The position numbers and the translations under genes were made by a program. Below, piece after piece: positions 19,325 to 29,869 of a DNA stretch of 64,000 nucleotides. Location: NCBI GenBank assembly GCA_029100545.1, contig JAQXPH010000033.1, positions 9,672 to 73,671 of the forward strand. Reading direction: 5' to 3'. Numbering within the stretch: the first letter of the stretch is position 1; the number at the start of each line of letters is the position of its first letter. The notes under the pieces were generated by a model. That model searched no databases, was not told the origin of the DNA, and was given only the letters and a program-made list of their open reading frames with translations. Source of the DNA: a bacterium. GTDB lineage: Bacteria; Bacillota_I; Bacilli_A; RF39; UBA660.

Positions 19325-20602
19325 ATGGAAGTTATTATGAATGATGATTTTTTACCTGCAGATAAATATAAAGTTATAAATAAAACTATATTAAGTGAAA
19401 ACGATAAAAAAAACTTAATATCTTTTTATATGCCAATAATTGGATGTACTGCTGTATCATTATATTTAACTTTATGGCAAGATTTAAATTATAAAGAAGA
19501 AAATAGCGAGATTTTTATTCATCGTCATTTAATGACTCTTTTAAAAGAAAGTAAAGAAGTAATATATCAAGCAAGACAATCTTTAGAAGCAGTAGGACTT
19601 TTAAAAACATATGTTAAATATGAAAATGTAAAAACTTTTATTTATGAAATTTATTCACCTTTATTACCAAATGAGTTTTTTAATCATCCAATATTAAATA
19701 TAGTTTTATATAATAATATTGGTAGTGAAGAATATGATAATTTAATAAAAATATATCAAAAGAAAAAATATGATTATTCGCAATATACTGATATTACAAA
19801 AAAAATGGATGAAGTATATAAAACGGAAAATTTTAATATTAAAAATGATATAAAAGATAGAAACATTAATGGAATTATATTAAATAGTAAAATTAATTAT
19901 GATCAAATTAGTGCATCAATTCCTAAAAATGTTATGTCAGATAAAGCATTAAATAAAAAAAATAAAGAATTAATTGATAATTTATCTTTTGTTTATAATT
20001 TTGATACTTTAAAAATGATTGAACTTATAAGGGGTAGTTTAAATGAATTTGGTATGATTGATAAAAGTGCATTAAGACTAAATGCTCGAAAAAGTTATAA
20101 TTTATCTTCAAACAGTTTACCTACATTAGTTTATCGTACACAGCCTGAATATTTAAAAAAGGCGAGTGGAGATAATTCATTACATGCCCAAATAATTACT
20201 ATGTTTGAAAGTATTAGTCCCTATGACTTTTTAAAATATAAAAATAAAGGTGCTATTCCTACAAATAAAGATTTAAAATTAGTAGAAGGCTTACTTCTAG
20301 ATCTTGAACTACCTCCTGCTGTTGTAAATGTACTTCTTGATTATTGTTTAAGAAAAAATAATAATAAACTTACTACAGCTTATGTTGAAACTATTGCTGG
20401 TCAATGGAAAAGAGCAGATCTTAAAACAGCTGAAGAAGCTATGAAGTTTGCTGAAAAAGAACATAAAAAATTAAATAAAAAAATAACGGTTGAAAGTAAA
20501 AAGATAACTGAACCAGCATGGTTTAATAAAAATATTGAATCTACTGATGTTTCAGATCAAGAACAAAAAGAACTTGAAGAATTATTAAAGGAGTTTAAAT
20601 AA
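19325..20602 (+). CDS. dnaB: replication initiation/membrane attachment protein (Bacillus DnaB/DnaD-like helicase loader)
   Basis: Position immediately upstream of dnaI with ATGA overlap, plus a C-terminal DnaB_2-type repeat (PPAVVNVLLDYCL...YVETIAGQWKR). Confidence 0.7.
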   Translation: MEVIMNDDFLPADKYKVINKTILSENDKKNLISFYMPIIGCTAVSLYLTLWQDLNYKEENSEIFIHRHLMTLLKESKEVIYQARQSLEAVGLLKTYVKYENVKTFIYEIYSPLLPNEFFNHPILNIVLYNNIGSEEYDNLIKIYQKKKYDYSQYTDITKKMDEVYKTENFNIKNDIKDRNINGIILNSKINYDQISASIPKNVMSDKALNKKNKELIDNLSFVYNFDTLKMIELIRGSLNEFGMIDKSALRLNARKSYNLSSNSLPTLVYRTQPEYLKKASGDNSLHAQIITMFESISPYDFLKYKNKGAIPTNKDLKLVEGLLLDLELPPAVVNVLLDYCLRKNNNKLTTAYVETIAGQWKRADLKTAEEAMKFAEKEHKKLNKKITVESKKITEPAWFNKNIESTDVSDQEQKELEELLKEFK

Positions 20603-21480
20603 TGGAAAAAATAAAAAATAATTATAAAAATTCTTCTTTGGAAGAAAATTATATTAAAGAAAAATTAAATCCAAAATTTATATCTTTAGTAAAAAAATTT
20701 GATGTAAGTAAAGATGAAATAAAAAATAATTTATCATCATTTTTAGATACTTTAGAAGAACTTGATAATTGTAAAAATTGTAATAATTTAAGTGAATGTA
20801 AAAATAAAATAAAAGGTTATGTATATTATCCAGATAAAAAAGAAAGTAAGATTATTTTTGGTTATGCAAAATGTAAAAAACTTAAAGAATATGAAAAATT
20901 ATTAAATGAAAAAAGTGGAAAAAATGATCTTTTAAATGCTAGAATGAAAGATATTGATGTAAGTGATAAAAATAGAGTAGAACTTATTAAGTATTTAAAA
21001 AAATTTTATGATAATTATTCAATTAGTAATTATCAAAAGGGTATATATTTACATGGAAGTTTTGGAAGTGGAAAAACATTTTTGTTAGCAGCTTTATTAA
21101 ATGAACTTAAAGAAAAGAAAAAAGCTAAATTTGAAATAGTTTATTATCCAACTTTACTTAGAAATCTTAAAGAAGATTTAAGTATTGTGGATAGTAAAAT
21201 AAATTATTATTCTAATATTGAAATATTATTACTTGATGATATAGGAGCTGAAAATGTTACAAACTGGGGTAGAGATGAAATATTAGGTACTATACTTCAA
21301 TATAGAATGGATAATCATTTAACGACATTTTTTACTAGTAACTTAGATATAAATGAACTAGAAAAACATTTATCAATTACTAAAGATAATATGGATATGG
21401 TTAAAGCAAGAAGAATAATTGAAAGAATTAAACAATTGACTATTGATATTGAATTAGTTAGTAAAAATAGGAGGAATTAA
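20602..21480 (+). CDS. dnaI: primosomal helicase loader DnaI
   Basis: N-terminal Cys cluster (CKNCNNLSEC), AAA+ Walker A GSFGSGKT and Walker B LLLDDIGAE. Confidence 0.85.
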   Translation: MEKIKNNYKNSSLEENYIKEKLNPKFISLVKKFDVSKDEIKNNLSSFLDTLEELDNCKNCNNLSECKNKIKGYVYYPDKKESKIIFGYAKCKKLKEYEKLLNEKSGKNDLLNARMKDIDVSDKNRVELIKYLKKFYDNYSISNYQKGIYLHGSFGSGKTFLLAALLNELKEKKKAKFEIVYYPTLLRNLKEDLSIVDSKINYYSNIEILLLDDIGAENVTNWGRDEILGTILQYRMDNHLTTFFTSNLDINELEKHLSITKDNMDMVKARRIIERIKQLTIDIELVSKNRRN

Positions 21481-21878
21481 TGAAAATATATTTTTGTGGT
21501 TCAATGACAGGTAGTAGAGAAAAACAAGAAAATTATGAACAAATAATTGGTTATTTAAAAAGTTTTGGAACTATTTTAAATGAATTTGTAGCTGATAAAG
21601 TTGTTAAAGATTATGAACCAAGTGTAGTATTTAAAAGGGATTATTCTAATATGAATAGTGCTGATATATGCATTGCAGATATTTCAATTCCTTCAACTGG
21701 AGTTGGTTTTGAGTTAGGCATAATGTATAGTTTAAATGTTAAAACGTTAGTTTTATATGATGAAAATATGAAATTGCCTTCATCACTACCTAGGGGTGCT
21801 GATAAATTTGTGGTAAAATCTTATAAAACTATCGAAGAAGAAAAAGAAATTATTAAAAATTTTATTGAAAACTTGTAA
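21480..21878 (+). CDS. nucleoside 2-deoxyribosyltransferase / DNPH1-like N-hydrolase
   Basis: MKIYFCGSMTGSRE... and ADISIPSTGVGFELG match the Rcl/DNPH1-type pattern. Confidence 0.6.
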   Translation: MKIYFCGSMTGSREKQENYEQIIGYLKSFGTILNEFVADKVVKDYEPSVVFKRDYSNMNSADICIADISIPSTGVGFELGIMYSLNVKTLVLYDENMKLPSSLPRGADKFVVKSYKTIEEEKEIIKNFIENL

Positions 21879-21891
21879 GCAAGTTTTTTTT
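21868..21891 (+). terminator. rho-independent terminator
   Basis: AAAACTTG-TAAG-CAAGTTTT followed by a T-run. The loop contains the stop codon. Confidence 0.6.
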
Positions 21892-21905
21892 AAAATAACG
21901 ATATG

Positions 21906-21919
21906 CAAACAATTGTTCT
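21906..21919. promoter_or_regulatory. candidate LexA (Cheo-type) box upstream of recA
   Basis: CAAAC-AATT-GTTCT, one mismatch from GAAC-N4-GTTC, abutting the -35 hexamer. Confidence 0.5.
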
Positions 21920-21947
21920 TGACATTACAAATATAATGTTTTATAAT
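21919..21947 (+). promoter_or_regulatory. recA promoter
   Basis: Consensus TTGACA-17 nt-TATAAT. Confidence 0.7.
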
Positions 21948-22029
21948 AAAATTGCTTTGATAAAATATATTTACAATTAAGTTTTAATAAGATAAAATTA
22001 AATTGTCAGAGTTTTAGTAAGGAGAATAA

Positions 22030-23079
22030 ATGAAAATTATTAAAGATGAAAAGAATAAAGATAAGGTACTAGAACAGGTATTAGCTGATATTGAAAAACA
22101 ATTTGGTAAAGGCGCAATAATGCGATTAGGTGATGAAGAACATATTGAAATAGATACTACATCATCTGGCTCACTTTCCCTTGATATTGCATTAGGTGTT
22201 GGAGGTTTTCCAGTTGGCAGAATAATTGAAATATTTGGTCCAGAAAGTAGTGGTAAAACAACTATTGCACTTCAGGCTATTGCAGAAGTACAAAAAAAAG
22301 GTGGTAGAGCGGCATTTATTGATGCAGAACATGCTTTGGATCCAGTTTATGCTAAAAATTTAGGTGTTAATATTAATAATTTGTTATTAAGTCAGCCTGA
22401 TACTGGTGAACAAGCCTTAGAAATTTGTGATGCCTTAGTTAAAAGTGAAGCAGTAGATTTAATCGTAATAGATTCAGTTGCAGCACTTGTACCTCAAGCA
22501 GAAATTGATGGTGAAATGGGTGATTCACATGTTGGACTTCAAGCAAGACTTATGAGTCAAGCGTTAAGAAAATTATCTGGTAATATGAATAAATCTAAAA
22601 CAACATGTATTTTTATTAATCAATTAAGAGAAAAAGTTGGTGTTTTATTTGGTAATCCTGAAACTACACCTGGTGGTAGAGCACTTAAGTTTTATTCAAG
22701 TGTAAGACTTGATATTAGAAAAGGCGAACAAATAAAATCAGGAGATACTGTTATTGGAAATAAAGTAAATATAAAAGTTGTTAAAAATAAAGTTTCTCCA
22801 CCATTTAGAACTGCCAGCGTTGATATTATGTATGGCGAAGGAATTTCAAGAGAAGGAGAAATCATTGATTTAGCAAGTGACATTAATATAATCGAAAAAA
22901 GTGGTGCTTGGTATTCATATAATGGTGAAAAAATTGGTCAAGGAAAAGAAAATGTTAAAGCATATTTAAAAAATAATCCAAGTTTAACTAATGAGCTTGA
23001 AAATAAAATAAGAGAACATTTTGGTTTTAAAGTAAATAATTTAAATAAAGAAGATAAAAAAGTTAAAGATAGCGAATAA
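22030..23079 (+). CDS. recA: recombinase RecA
   Basis: [30 protein letters not shown] and [22 protein letters not shown]. Confidence 0.98.
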   Translation: MKIIKDEKNKDKVLEQVLADIEKQFGKGAIMRLGDEEHIEIDTTSSGSLSLDIALGVGGFPVGRIIEIFGPESSGKTTIALQAIAEVQKKGGRAAFIDAEHALDPVYAKNLGVNINNLLLSQPDTGEQALEICDALVKSEAVDLIVIDSVAALVPQAEIDGEMGDSHVGLQARLMSQALRKLSGNMNKSKTTCIFINQLREKVGVLFGNPETTPGGRALKFYSSVRLDIRKGEQIKSGDTVIGNKVNIKVVKNKVSPPFRTASVDIMYGEGISREGEIIDLASDINIIEKSGAWYSYNGEKIGQGKENVKAYLKNNPSLTNELENKIREHFGFKVNNLNKEDKKVKDSE

Positions 23080-23087
23080 AATTTTTC

Positions 23088-23116
23088 TTGACAAGCATAT
23101 AAATTAATAGTAAACT
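23088..23116 (+). promoter_or_regulatory. promoter of the infC-rpmI-rplT operon
   Basis: TTGACA-17 nt-TAAACT. Confidence 0.6.
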
Positions 23117-23236
23117 ATTGTTAGTTAAAGAAGGAAAGAGATTTATATCCACCTGATCGACTAAAGTTGATAGGTAAAAAGGCCAAAAATATTTTAAGTG
23201 CTTTTAAGGTGGATAGAATATATCCACCTTTTTAAT
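23117..23236 (+). promoter_or_regulatory. ribosomal protein L20 leader (transcription attenuator)
   Basis: ~130-nt leader before infC. Terminator AAGGTGGATA-GAATA-TATCCACCTT plus T-run at 23206-23236. A second TATCCACCT copy at 23145-23153 can pair alternatively with AGGTGGATA. Confidence 0.6.
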
Positions 23237-23254
23237 TATAGGAGGCGAAGTTAT

Positions 23255-23776
23255 ATAGCAAAGGTTGAAGAATTACCAATAAATAATCAGATTAAGGCTG
23301 AACAAGTTATGGTAATAGGTCCAAATGGGGAAAAATTAGGCATTAAAAAATTAGAAGATGCCCTAACACTTGCAAATTATGCAGGATTAGATTTGGTTTT
23401 AATGAATCAAGGTAATGGTGTAGCTGTTACTAAAATAATGGATTATAATAAATTCCGTTATGAAAAACAAAAGAAATTAAAAGATGCTCAGAAAAAACAA
23501 AGAGAAACAAGTAAAGAAGTTAAAGAATATCGTTTATCAGTTACAATCGATGTAGGAGACTTTGAAACAAGAAGAAGAAATGCTGAAAATTATTTAAAAA
23601 AAGGACATAAAATAAAAGCTTTTATTCGTTTTAAAGGAAGACAAATGTCACATCCTGAACTTGGTATTGATGTTTTAAATAAATTTGCAGATGCTCTTTC
23701 AGATGTTTCTACTGTTGAAACAAAACCTCAATTGGATGGTAGACAAGCTTATATGATGTTAGCTCCAAAAAAATAG
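23255..23776 (+). CDS. infC: translation initiation factor IF-3 (non-canonical ATA start inferred)
   Basis: INNQIKAEQVMVIGPNGEKLGI... through the C-terminal domain. AGGAGG at 23240-23245 lies 9 nt before ATA 23255. The long track ORF start (23198) lies inside the leader terminator. Confidence 0.85.
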   Translation: MAKVEELPINNQIKAEQVMVIGPNGEKLGIKKLEDALTLANYAGLDLVLMNQGNGVAVTKIMDYNKFRYEKQKKLKDAQKKQRETSKEVKEYRLSVTIDVGDFETRRRNAENYLKKGHKIKAFIRFKGRQMSHPELGIDVLNKFADALSDVSTVETKPQLDGRQAYMMLAPKK

Positions 23777-23792
23777 GAAAGGAAGTATTGTT

Positions 23793-23987
23793 ATGGGAAA
23801 ATGTAAACAAAAAACACATAAGGCAAGTAGTAAAGTACTAAATAAAAAGAAAAATGGAACAATTACTTATAAGAAAGGTAATTCAAATCACAAAACTGGA
23901 AAGGATAGTGCTAAATCAGTTCGTCAAAGAAGAACTAAAGGTGTTTTAGCTAAAGGTATTGAAAAGAACCTTTCAAAAGTTATATAA
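23793..23987 (+). CDS. rpmI: 50S ribosomal protein L35
   Basis: 64-aa basic protein between infC and rplT. Confidence 0.9.
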   Translation: MGKCKQKTHKASSKVLNKKKNGTITYKKGNSNHKTGKDSAKSVRQRRTKGVLAKGIEKNLSKVI

Positions 23988-24001
23988 GGGTGGTGTAAAA
24001 A

Positions 24002-24523
24002 ATGGCAAGAGTTAAAGGCGGAAATGTTTCTAAAAATAGAAGAAGAAAAGTATTAAAACAAGCTAAAGGTTATTTTGGAAGTAAGCATAGATTATATAAA
24101 ACAGCGCAAGAACAATTATTTCATAGTGGTGCATATGCTTATAGAGATCGTAAACAAAATAAAAGAAACTTTAGAAAACTTTGGATTACAAGAATAAATG
24201 CTGCTTGTAGAGAAAATAATATAAGTTATTCAAAATTTATTAATGGTTTATCAAAAGCTGGTATTGAAATTAATCGTAAAATGCTTTCAGAGTTAGCAAT
24301 TAATGATCCAAAAAGTTTTGCTGAACTTGTTAACACTGCTAAAGATTCTTTAGAAGGAAAAATAGTTAAAACTTCAAAAACTGTTGAAACTAAAAAAGAA
24401 GAAAAAACAGATGTTAATTTAGATTCACTTTCATTAGCTGAACTAAGAGATATGGCTAAAGAAAAAGAAATTAAAGGTTATAGTACTTTAAAAAAAGCAG
24501 AATTAATTGAAAAATTAAAATAG
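24002..24523 (+). CDS. rplT: 50S ribosomal protein L20 with a C-terminal HeH (Rho_N/SAP-like) extension
   Basis: [33 protein letters not shown]...[12 protein letters not shown] is canonical L20 (~117 aa). An extra ~56 aa ends [31 protein letters not shown]. Confidence 0.92.
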   Translation: MARVKGGNVSKNRRRKVLKQAKGYFGSKHRLYKTAQEQLFHSGAYAYRDRKQNKRNFRKLWITRINAACRENNISYSKFINGLSKAGIEINRKMLSELAINDPKSFAELVNTAKDSLEGKIVKTSKTVETKKEEKTDVNLDSLSLAELRDMAKEKEIKGYSTLKKAELIEKLK

Positions 24524-24546
24524 TTCAAAAACGAACTATTTTTTTA
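24520..24546. terminator. bidirectional terminator
   Basis: ATAGTTC-AAAAAC-GAACTAT flanked by A- and T-runs, between convergent genes. Confidence 0.6.
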
Positions 24547-25903
24547 TGATTTTTTTATATGTTATTTCATTTTTTAACTCAAAATAATTTTCTAAAAATT
24601 TATATTTAATAGCAAGAGTCATAACCACATTCATTATATCTTGTGATTTAGGAGTATAATCAAAATTAACTATATTTTCTTGATAATATCTTGTTTTATT
24701 TATAGTATAAATTTTATTTTTTAAATGAACTGGTATTTGATAAATTCGATTATTTAATCTATTTGCTGCCATAAATGCATATACTTTATTTAAATTATCT
24801 ACACATAATGAAGTTCCCGCAAATCCAGGTGAAAGAAATGTTTTACCTGATAAATATGGTTGAACTTTTATAAAACTTGGATTTATTTGTTTAGAATAAT
24901 TTAATAATCCAAAATAATAAGAATCTTCATTTCCTACTAAAGGGGTTGTTAATAAAGAAATACTTTCACTATTTAAAATATTATTATTAGCAAGATTACT
25001 AGCAAAATTAAACATATCATTTACATTAGAAAAATATCCCGCATGACCTGGAAAAATACCATTTTTTTGGCCAAGAATATTTGCTTTGGGATCATGTACT
25101 AAACCAAGTGGTGTATTATTATGAATTATTTTACCATCATTTAATACTATCATTGAATTATTTTCGTCTGCTACATTATTTAAATCATTTGGATTTAAAG
25201 TTGTACTAAACATTTGATTTTTTTTAAATATTTCTTCATTTAAAAAATCACTAAATTTCATATTTGTTACATTTTCAACAACATATTTAAGCACTAGACA
25301 TCCCATATCAGTATACAAAAATGTTTGGTCTGCATTTTCATCAAACTCAATATTAAATAAAATATTTTGTGCTTCTTCAATATTTTTTGCTTTATCAAGT
25401 CTTTCTTTTGTTTTTAATGGTTTTCTAAAAGACAATAAATCTAGTATAGTAAAATCATTTAAATTTTTAAATCTTGGTTCATATTTATTAATTTTATCAT
25501 CTAAATTAATTAAATTATTTTCACATAATTTAAGTATTGTAACAGCAGTAAATGTTTTGGAAGTAGATGCTAAATCAAAAAGAGTATCTTCATTACTTGC
25601 ATTAATAATTATAGTATCATTTATATATTTAGTCCCATATTTTAAAATCATTGATGGAGCCATCTGCATTTCATTTATAAATTCATTTAAATAATCTATA
25701 ATTTTGCTTTCATTAAATAATTTTTCTTTATAAAAAATAATATCTTCATTTGGATATTTTTGTAATAAAAAAATAACATCATATAAAAATTTATAATAAT
25801 CATTTTTAGAATAAAAATTTTTAAATGCTGAAATATTTGTATTATTTTGATTATTATATAAAAAATCAATAAAATTTGTTACTTTGATATCTAAATTATT
25901 CAT
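24536..25903 (-). CDS. serine hydrolase of the beta-lactamase/transpeptidase-like superfamily
   Basis: SxxK motif in LASTSKTFTAVTILKL. Size and layout resemble class C beta-lactamase-related esterases. Confidence 0.75.
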   Translation of the reverse strand: MNNLDIKVTNFIDFLYNNQNNTNISAFKNFYSKNDYYKFLYDVIFLLQKYPNEDIIFYKEKLFNESKIIDYLNEFINEMQMAPSMILKYGTKYINDTIIINASNEDTLFDLASTSKTFTAVTILKLCENNLINLDDKINKYEPRFKNLNDFTILDLLSFRKPLKTKERLDKAKNIEEAQNILFNIEFDENADQTFLYTDMGCLVLKYVVENVTNMKFSDFLNEEIFKKNQMFSTTLNPNDLNNVADENNSMIVLNDGKIIHNNTPLGLVHDPKANILGQKNGIFPGHAGYFSNVNDMFNFASNLANNNILNSESISLLTTPLVGNEDSYYFGLLNYSKQINPSFIKVQPYLSGKTFLSPGFAGTSLCVDNLNKVYAFMAANRLNNRIYQIPVHLKNKIYTINKTRYYQENIVNFDYTPKSQDIMNVVMTLAIKYKFLENYFELKNEITYKKIIKK

Positions 25904-25953
25904 AAAAACCTTTCTTAATATTATAATATATTTTTTGCTTAAGTCAATTATGC

Positions 25954-25982
25954 TTGTAAAGAATTAAAAACTTAGGTATAAT
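25954..25982 (+). promoter_or_regulatory. promoter upstream of ftsA
   Basis: TTGTAA-17 nt-TATAAT. Confidence 0.5.
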
Positions 25983-26008
25983 AAGACTAGAAAAAATAGG
26001 TGGGATAA

Positions 26009-27253
26009 ATGAGAAAAATAATTGCAAGTTTAGATATAGGTTCTAGTTTAGTAAAGCTTGTTGTTGGAGAAATCCAAAAAAACAAAGTTAATATTTTAGC
26101 ATGTGTACAAAGCCCATCTCAAGGAATTAAAAAAGGTTATATAGTTAATCAAGAAAGTGCATTATTTTGCTTAAAAGAAGTTTTTGAACAAGCTGAAAAA
26201 ATTGTTGGATTACCAATAAAAAAAGTACTACTCAATGTACCAAGTGATAATTTAGAATGTTTTGTATCAAATGGAAGTGTAACTATAACGAATGAAGATA
26301 AAATTATTACTAACGAAGATGTTATTAAAGCAATGCAAAAAAGTGTTTACAAGAAAGTAAGTGAAAATAAAGAATTAGTATCGATTTTACCTACTAAATT
26401 TATTTTAAATGATGAGGAAACAATAACAAATCCAATTAAAGCTATTGCTAATAAATTAACTGTAAGTGTTGTTGCTGTAGTTATTCCAAAAAATAATTTT
26501 GAAAATATTATTAAATGTTTAGAAAAAATAAATGTATCAGTATTTGATATATGTGTTTCTCCACTTGCAGATTTTTATGAATTTAAAACTCCTGATATGT
26601 TAAAAAAAGTTGGAGCAGTTGTAAATATTGGCTATAGTAATTTAACTGTTTCTATTATAAATAAAGGTATTTTAACATCATCAGAAATAATTGATATTGC
26701 TTCATCTTCAATAGAAAAAGATATTCAATATATTTTTAAAGCAAGTAAAACAGATGCATTGTATTTAAAGGAAAATTTAGCTGTTGCGGATATTCATATG
26801 GCAAGGCCTAATGAAAATATTACAATTAAAGATATTAATGGTGATGATCGTACAATTAGTGAATATGATGTTAGTGCTGTTACTATATCAAGATTAAAAG
26901 AACTTTCAGGTCTTATAAAAAAGCAAATTAACCTCTTAACAAAAAAAGAAATTAGTTATATAATAATTACAGGGGGAATAACAATGTTACCTTATTTTGA
27001 TCATTTTATTGATGATAATTTTAAAGATTTAGCATCATATCATCAAGTTAAAGAAATAGGGGCTAGACATAATAAATATTCAACATGTGTTGGAATGATT
27101 AAATATTATAATAGTAGATTAAAACTTAGAAATGCTGAATATTCTATTTTTAATTTAGATGAACAAGAAGAACTCGGGGGTATAGGTAAAAGAGTTAATA
27201 TATCCGATAATTCACTTCTTGGTAAAATATATGGATATTTTTTTGATAATTAA
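26009..27253 (+). CDS. ftsA: cell division protein FtsA
   Basis: Actin-like ATPase start IASLDIGSSLVKLVVGE, with ftsZ immediately downstream. Confidence 0.9.
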   Translation: MRKIIASLDIGSSLVKLVVGEIQKNKVNILACVQSPSQGIKKGYIVNQESALFCLKEVFEQAEKIVGLPIKKVLLNVPSDNLECFVSNGSVTITNEDKIITNEDVIKAMQKSVYKKVSENKELVSILPTKFILNDEETITNPIKAIANKLTVSVVAVVIPKNNFENIIKCLEKINVSVFDICVSPLADFYEFKTPDMLKKVGAVVNIGYSNLTVSIINKGILTSSEIIDIASSSIEKDIQYIFKASKTDALYLKENLAVADIHMARPNENITIKDINGDDRTISEYDVSAVTISRLKELSGLIKKQINLLTKKEISYIIITGGITMLPYFDHFIDDNFKDLASYHQVKEIGARHNKYSTCVGMIKYYNSRLKLRNAEYSIFNLDEQEELGGIGKRVNISDNSLLGKIYGYFFDN

Positions 27254-27264
27254 GGAGGATTTAG

Positions 27265-28320
27265 ATGTCAAATTTAGTAATGGATCAAGTTGCAAAGATA
27301 AAAGTGGTTGGTGTCGGTGGTGGCGGTTGTAATGCCGTTAATCGAATGATAGAAGAAGGAGTACAAAGTGTTGAATTTTATGTAGTTAATACTGATTTAC
27401 AAGTATTAAATGCTTCACTTTGCCCTAATAAAATTCAAATTGGAAAAAATATTACTGGTGGAAGAGGTGCTGGAGCTAACCCTGAAGTAGGTCGTGCTGC
27501 TGCTCTTGAAAGCAAAAGTGAATTAGAAGAAGCTTTAACAGGTGCTGATATGGTTTTTGTTGCATGTGGTATGGGAGGAGGAACTGGTACTGGTGCCGCT
27601 CCAATTATCGCTGAAATTTCACAAGAACTTGGAGCTTTAACTGTAGGTATTGTTACAAAACCTTTTAAATTTGAAGGCAAAAGAAGAATGGAAAATGCTT
27701 TGTTAGGCCTAGAAGATTTAAAAAAACATGTTGATACATTAATTGTTATTCCAAATGATCGTTTAAGAGATATAATTGATAAAACAACTTCATTTGATAT
27801 GGCATTTAAAGAAGTTGATAATGTTCTTCATCGTGGTGTACAATCAATTTCAGATTTAATAGCTGTAACAGGAGTAATAAACTTAGACTTTGCAGATGTT
27901 AAAACTGTAATGGAAAAAAGCGGTACTGCAATTATTGGTATTGGTTGTGCAGCTGGAGAAAATAGAGCTATTGAAGCCGCTAAACAAGCTGTATCAAATT
28001 CACTTCTTGAAGAAACTATTGATGGAGCTAAAAATGCTATTGTAAATGTAACAGGTGGAAATAACTTAACTTTATTTGAAATTGAAGATGCAGTTGAAAC
28101 TGTTAGAGAAGCCGCTAATAATGATGTAAATATTATCTTTGGTGCAATTAAAAATGAAAATCTTCAAGATGAAGTTATTGTTACTGTAATTGCAACAGGT
28201 TTTGATGAAGAAATAAGTAATGAAACATTATTTGATGGAGCTGAATTACCTAAAAGAAAAACTCCAGAACTATTAGATAATGATTATGAAATACCTCCAT
28301 TTTTAAGAAATCAAGATTAA
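27265..28320 (+). CDS. ftsZ: cell division GTPase FtsZ
   Basis: [26 protein letters not shown] and NLDFADV. Confidence 0.98.
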   Translation: MSNLVMDQVAKIKVVGVGGGGCNAVNRMIEEGVQSVEFYVVNTDLQVLNASLCPNKIQIGKNITGGRGAGANPEVGRAAALESKSELEEALTGADMVFVACGMGGGTGTGAAPIIAEISQELGALTVGIVTKPFKFEGKRRMENALLGLEDLKKHVDTLIVIPNDRLRDIIDKTTSFDMAFKEVDNVLHRGVQSISDLIAVTGVINLDFADVKTVMEKSGTAIIGIGCAAGENRAIEAAKQAVSNSLLEETIDGAKNAIVNVTGGNNLTLFEIEDAVETVREAANNDVNIIFGAIKNENLQDEVIVTVIATGFDEEISNETLFDGAELPKRKTPELLDNDYEIPPFLRNQD

Positions 28321-28404
28321 TATAAAAAAATAATAAAATTTTATTAAAACATAAATTTGACAATTTTTTTAATATAATTATTTTAAAATAAATTAGGTGA
28401 TAAT

Positions 28405-29196
28405 ATGATAATATATTTAGACCTAATTTTTTTTATAAATTTTGCTTATGATTTTTTATTGCTATTAACTGTTGCTATGACTTTAAAAAGAAAAGTAAAA
28501 TTTATTAGAATTATTATTGCTTCATTAATTGGAGCAATTAGTATATTTTTACTTTTTTTAAATATAAATGAAACATTAGTTTTTATGTTAAAAATATTAG
28601 TTAGCATTATTATGTGTTTAATATCATATAAATATATAAGTATTAAATATACTTTATATAATATTGGTTATTTATATATGTTGTCTATCATTTTAGCGGG
28701 CTTTTTATATTTACTTAATAATGAATTATCATATTATCATGTGGGAATTGTTTTTGTAAATAAAGATATATCCATTAATTATATTGTTTTATTAATAATT
28801 TCTCCAATAATATTATTTTTATTTTATAAAAGTAATAAAAAATTAAAAAATACATATAGTGATTATTATAAAATAAAAATAGTTTTTGATAATATTGAAA
28901 TTAATTGTGTTAGTTTTTATGATAATGGTAATAATTTAATTGATCCAATAACTAAAAAAGCAGTTATTATAATAAACAGTAATTTACTTAAAAGAATATA
29001 TAATATACGTGATCCAGTATATGTACCATTTAAAACAATTGATGGAACTTCTTTATTAAAATGTTATAAACCTAGTTATATTATTATTAATAATCATAAA
29101 GTTTATAATTATTTAATAGGTGAAGCAAAAATTAAATTAAAAGATGGAATAGATTGCATTTTAAATAAAAAATTAATGGAGGATAATTATGTTTAA
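28405..29196 (+). CDS. spoIIGA: sigma-E processing peptidase SpoIIGA
   Basis: Five N-terminal TM helices. The C-terminal FYDNGNNLIDPITKKAVIII corresponds to the D-S/N-G aspartyl protease motif of SpoIIGA. Overlaps sigE. Confidence 0.85.
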   Translation: MIIYLDLIFFINFAYDFLLLLTVAMTLKRKVKFIRIIIASLIGAISIFLLFLNINETLVFMLKILVSIIMCLISYKYISIKYTLYNIGYLYMLSIILAGFLYLLNNELSYYHVGIVFVNKDISINYIVLLIISPIILFLFYKSNKKLKNTYSDYYKIKIVFDNIEINCVSFYDNGNNLIDPITKKAVIIINSNLLKRIYNIRDPVYVPFKTIDGTSLLKCYKPSYIIINNHKVYNYLIGEAKIKLKDGIDCILNKKLMEDNYV

Positions 29197-29869
29197 AAAA
29201 TTATTACAAATGTTAAAAATTAAATATGATGAGGTTTTTTTTGTGGGAGCAACTGATAAGCTTCCACCACCACTTTCTAAAGAAGAAGAATTATCATATA
29301 TAATAAAAGCACAACAAGGTGATGAAAAAGCTAAAGATAAATTAATTGAACATAATTTAAGACTTGTTGTTTTTTTAGCAAAAAAATATGAAAGTACAGG
29401 TTATGATATAGAAGATTTAGTTTCAATTGGATCAATTGGTCTTATAAAAGGAATAAATACTTATAAGATTGATAAAAATATTAAACTAGCTACTTATGCT
29501 TCAAGATGTATATCTAATGAAATACTAATGTATATTAGAAAAAATAAAAAAAGCAAGCAAGAAGTTTCTTTAGAGGATACTTTAAATTATGATGCAGAAG
29601 GAAATGAATTAAAACTTTCAGATGTTTTAGGAACTGGGGAAGATATTGTAGATAAAGAATTTGAACATAAAATTAATAAAGAATTTTTAAATAAAGAAAT
29701 TAATAATTTATCTAAAAGAGATAAAGAAATTATGATATTAAGATATGGACTTAATAATACAAGAGAATATACACAAAAAGAAGTAGCAAATATGCTTGGT
29801 ATATCGCAAAGTTATATCTCAAGAATTGAAAAAAAAGTAATAAATAATATTTCGTCGGTTATAAGCTAA
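29189..29869 (+). CDS. sigE: sporulation sigma factor SigE (pro-sigma)
   Basis: Pro-sequence plus KLPPPLSKEEE, HNLRLVVFLAKKY, IKLATYASRCISNEILMYIRKN. Position after spoIIGA. Confidence 0.9.
   Translation: MFKKLLQMLKIKYDEVFFVGATDKLPPPLSKEEELSYIIKAQQGDEKAKDKLIEHNLRLVVFLAKKYESTGYDIEDLVSIGSIGLIKGINTYKIDKNIKLATYASRCISNEILMYIRKNKKSKQEVSLEDTLNYDAEGNELKLSDVLGTGEDIVDKEFEHKINKEFLNKEINNLSKRDKEIMILRYGLNNTREYTQKEVANMLGISQSYISRIEKKVINNISSVIS

Noticed and set aside
22692-22883. Minus-strand ORF inside recA
   Set aside because: Antisense to recA.
27435-27680. Minus-strand ORF inside ftsZ (P/A/G-rich)
   Set aside because: It is the mirror frame of the glycine-rich GGGTGTG region of ftsZ.
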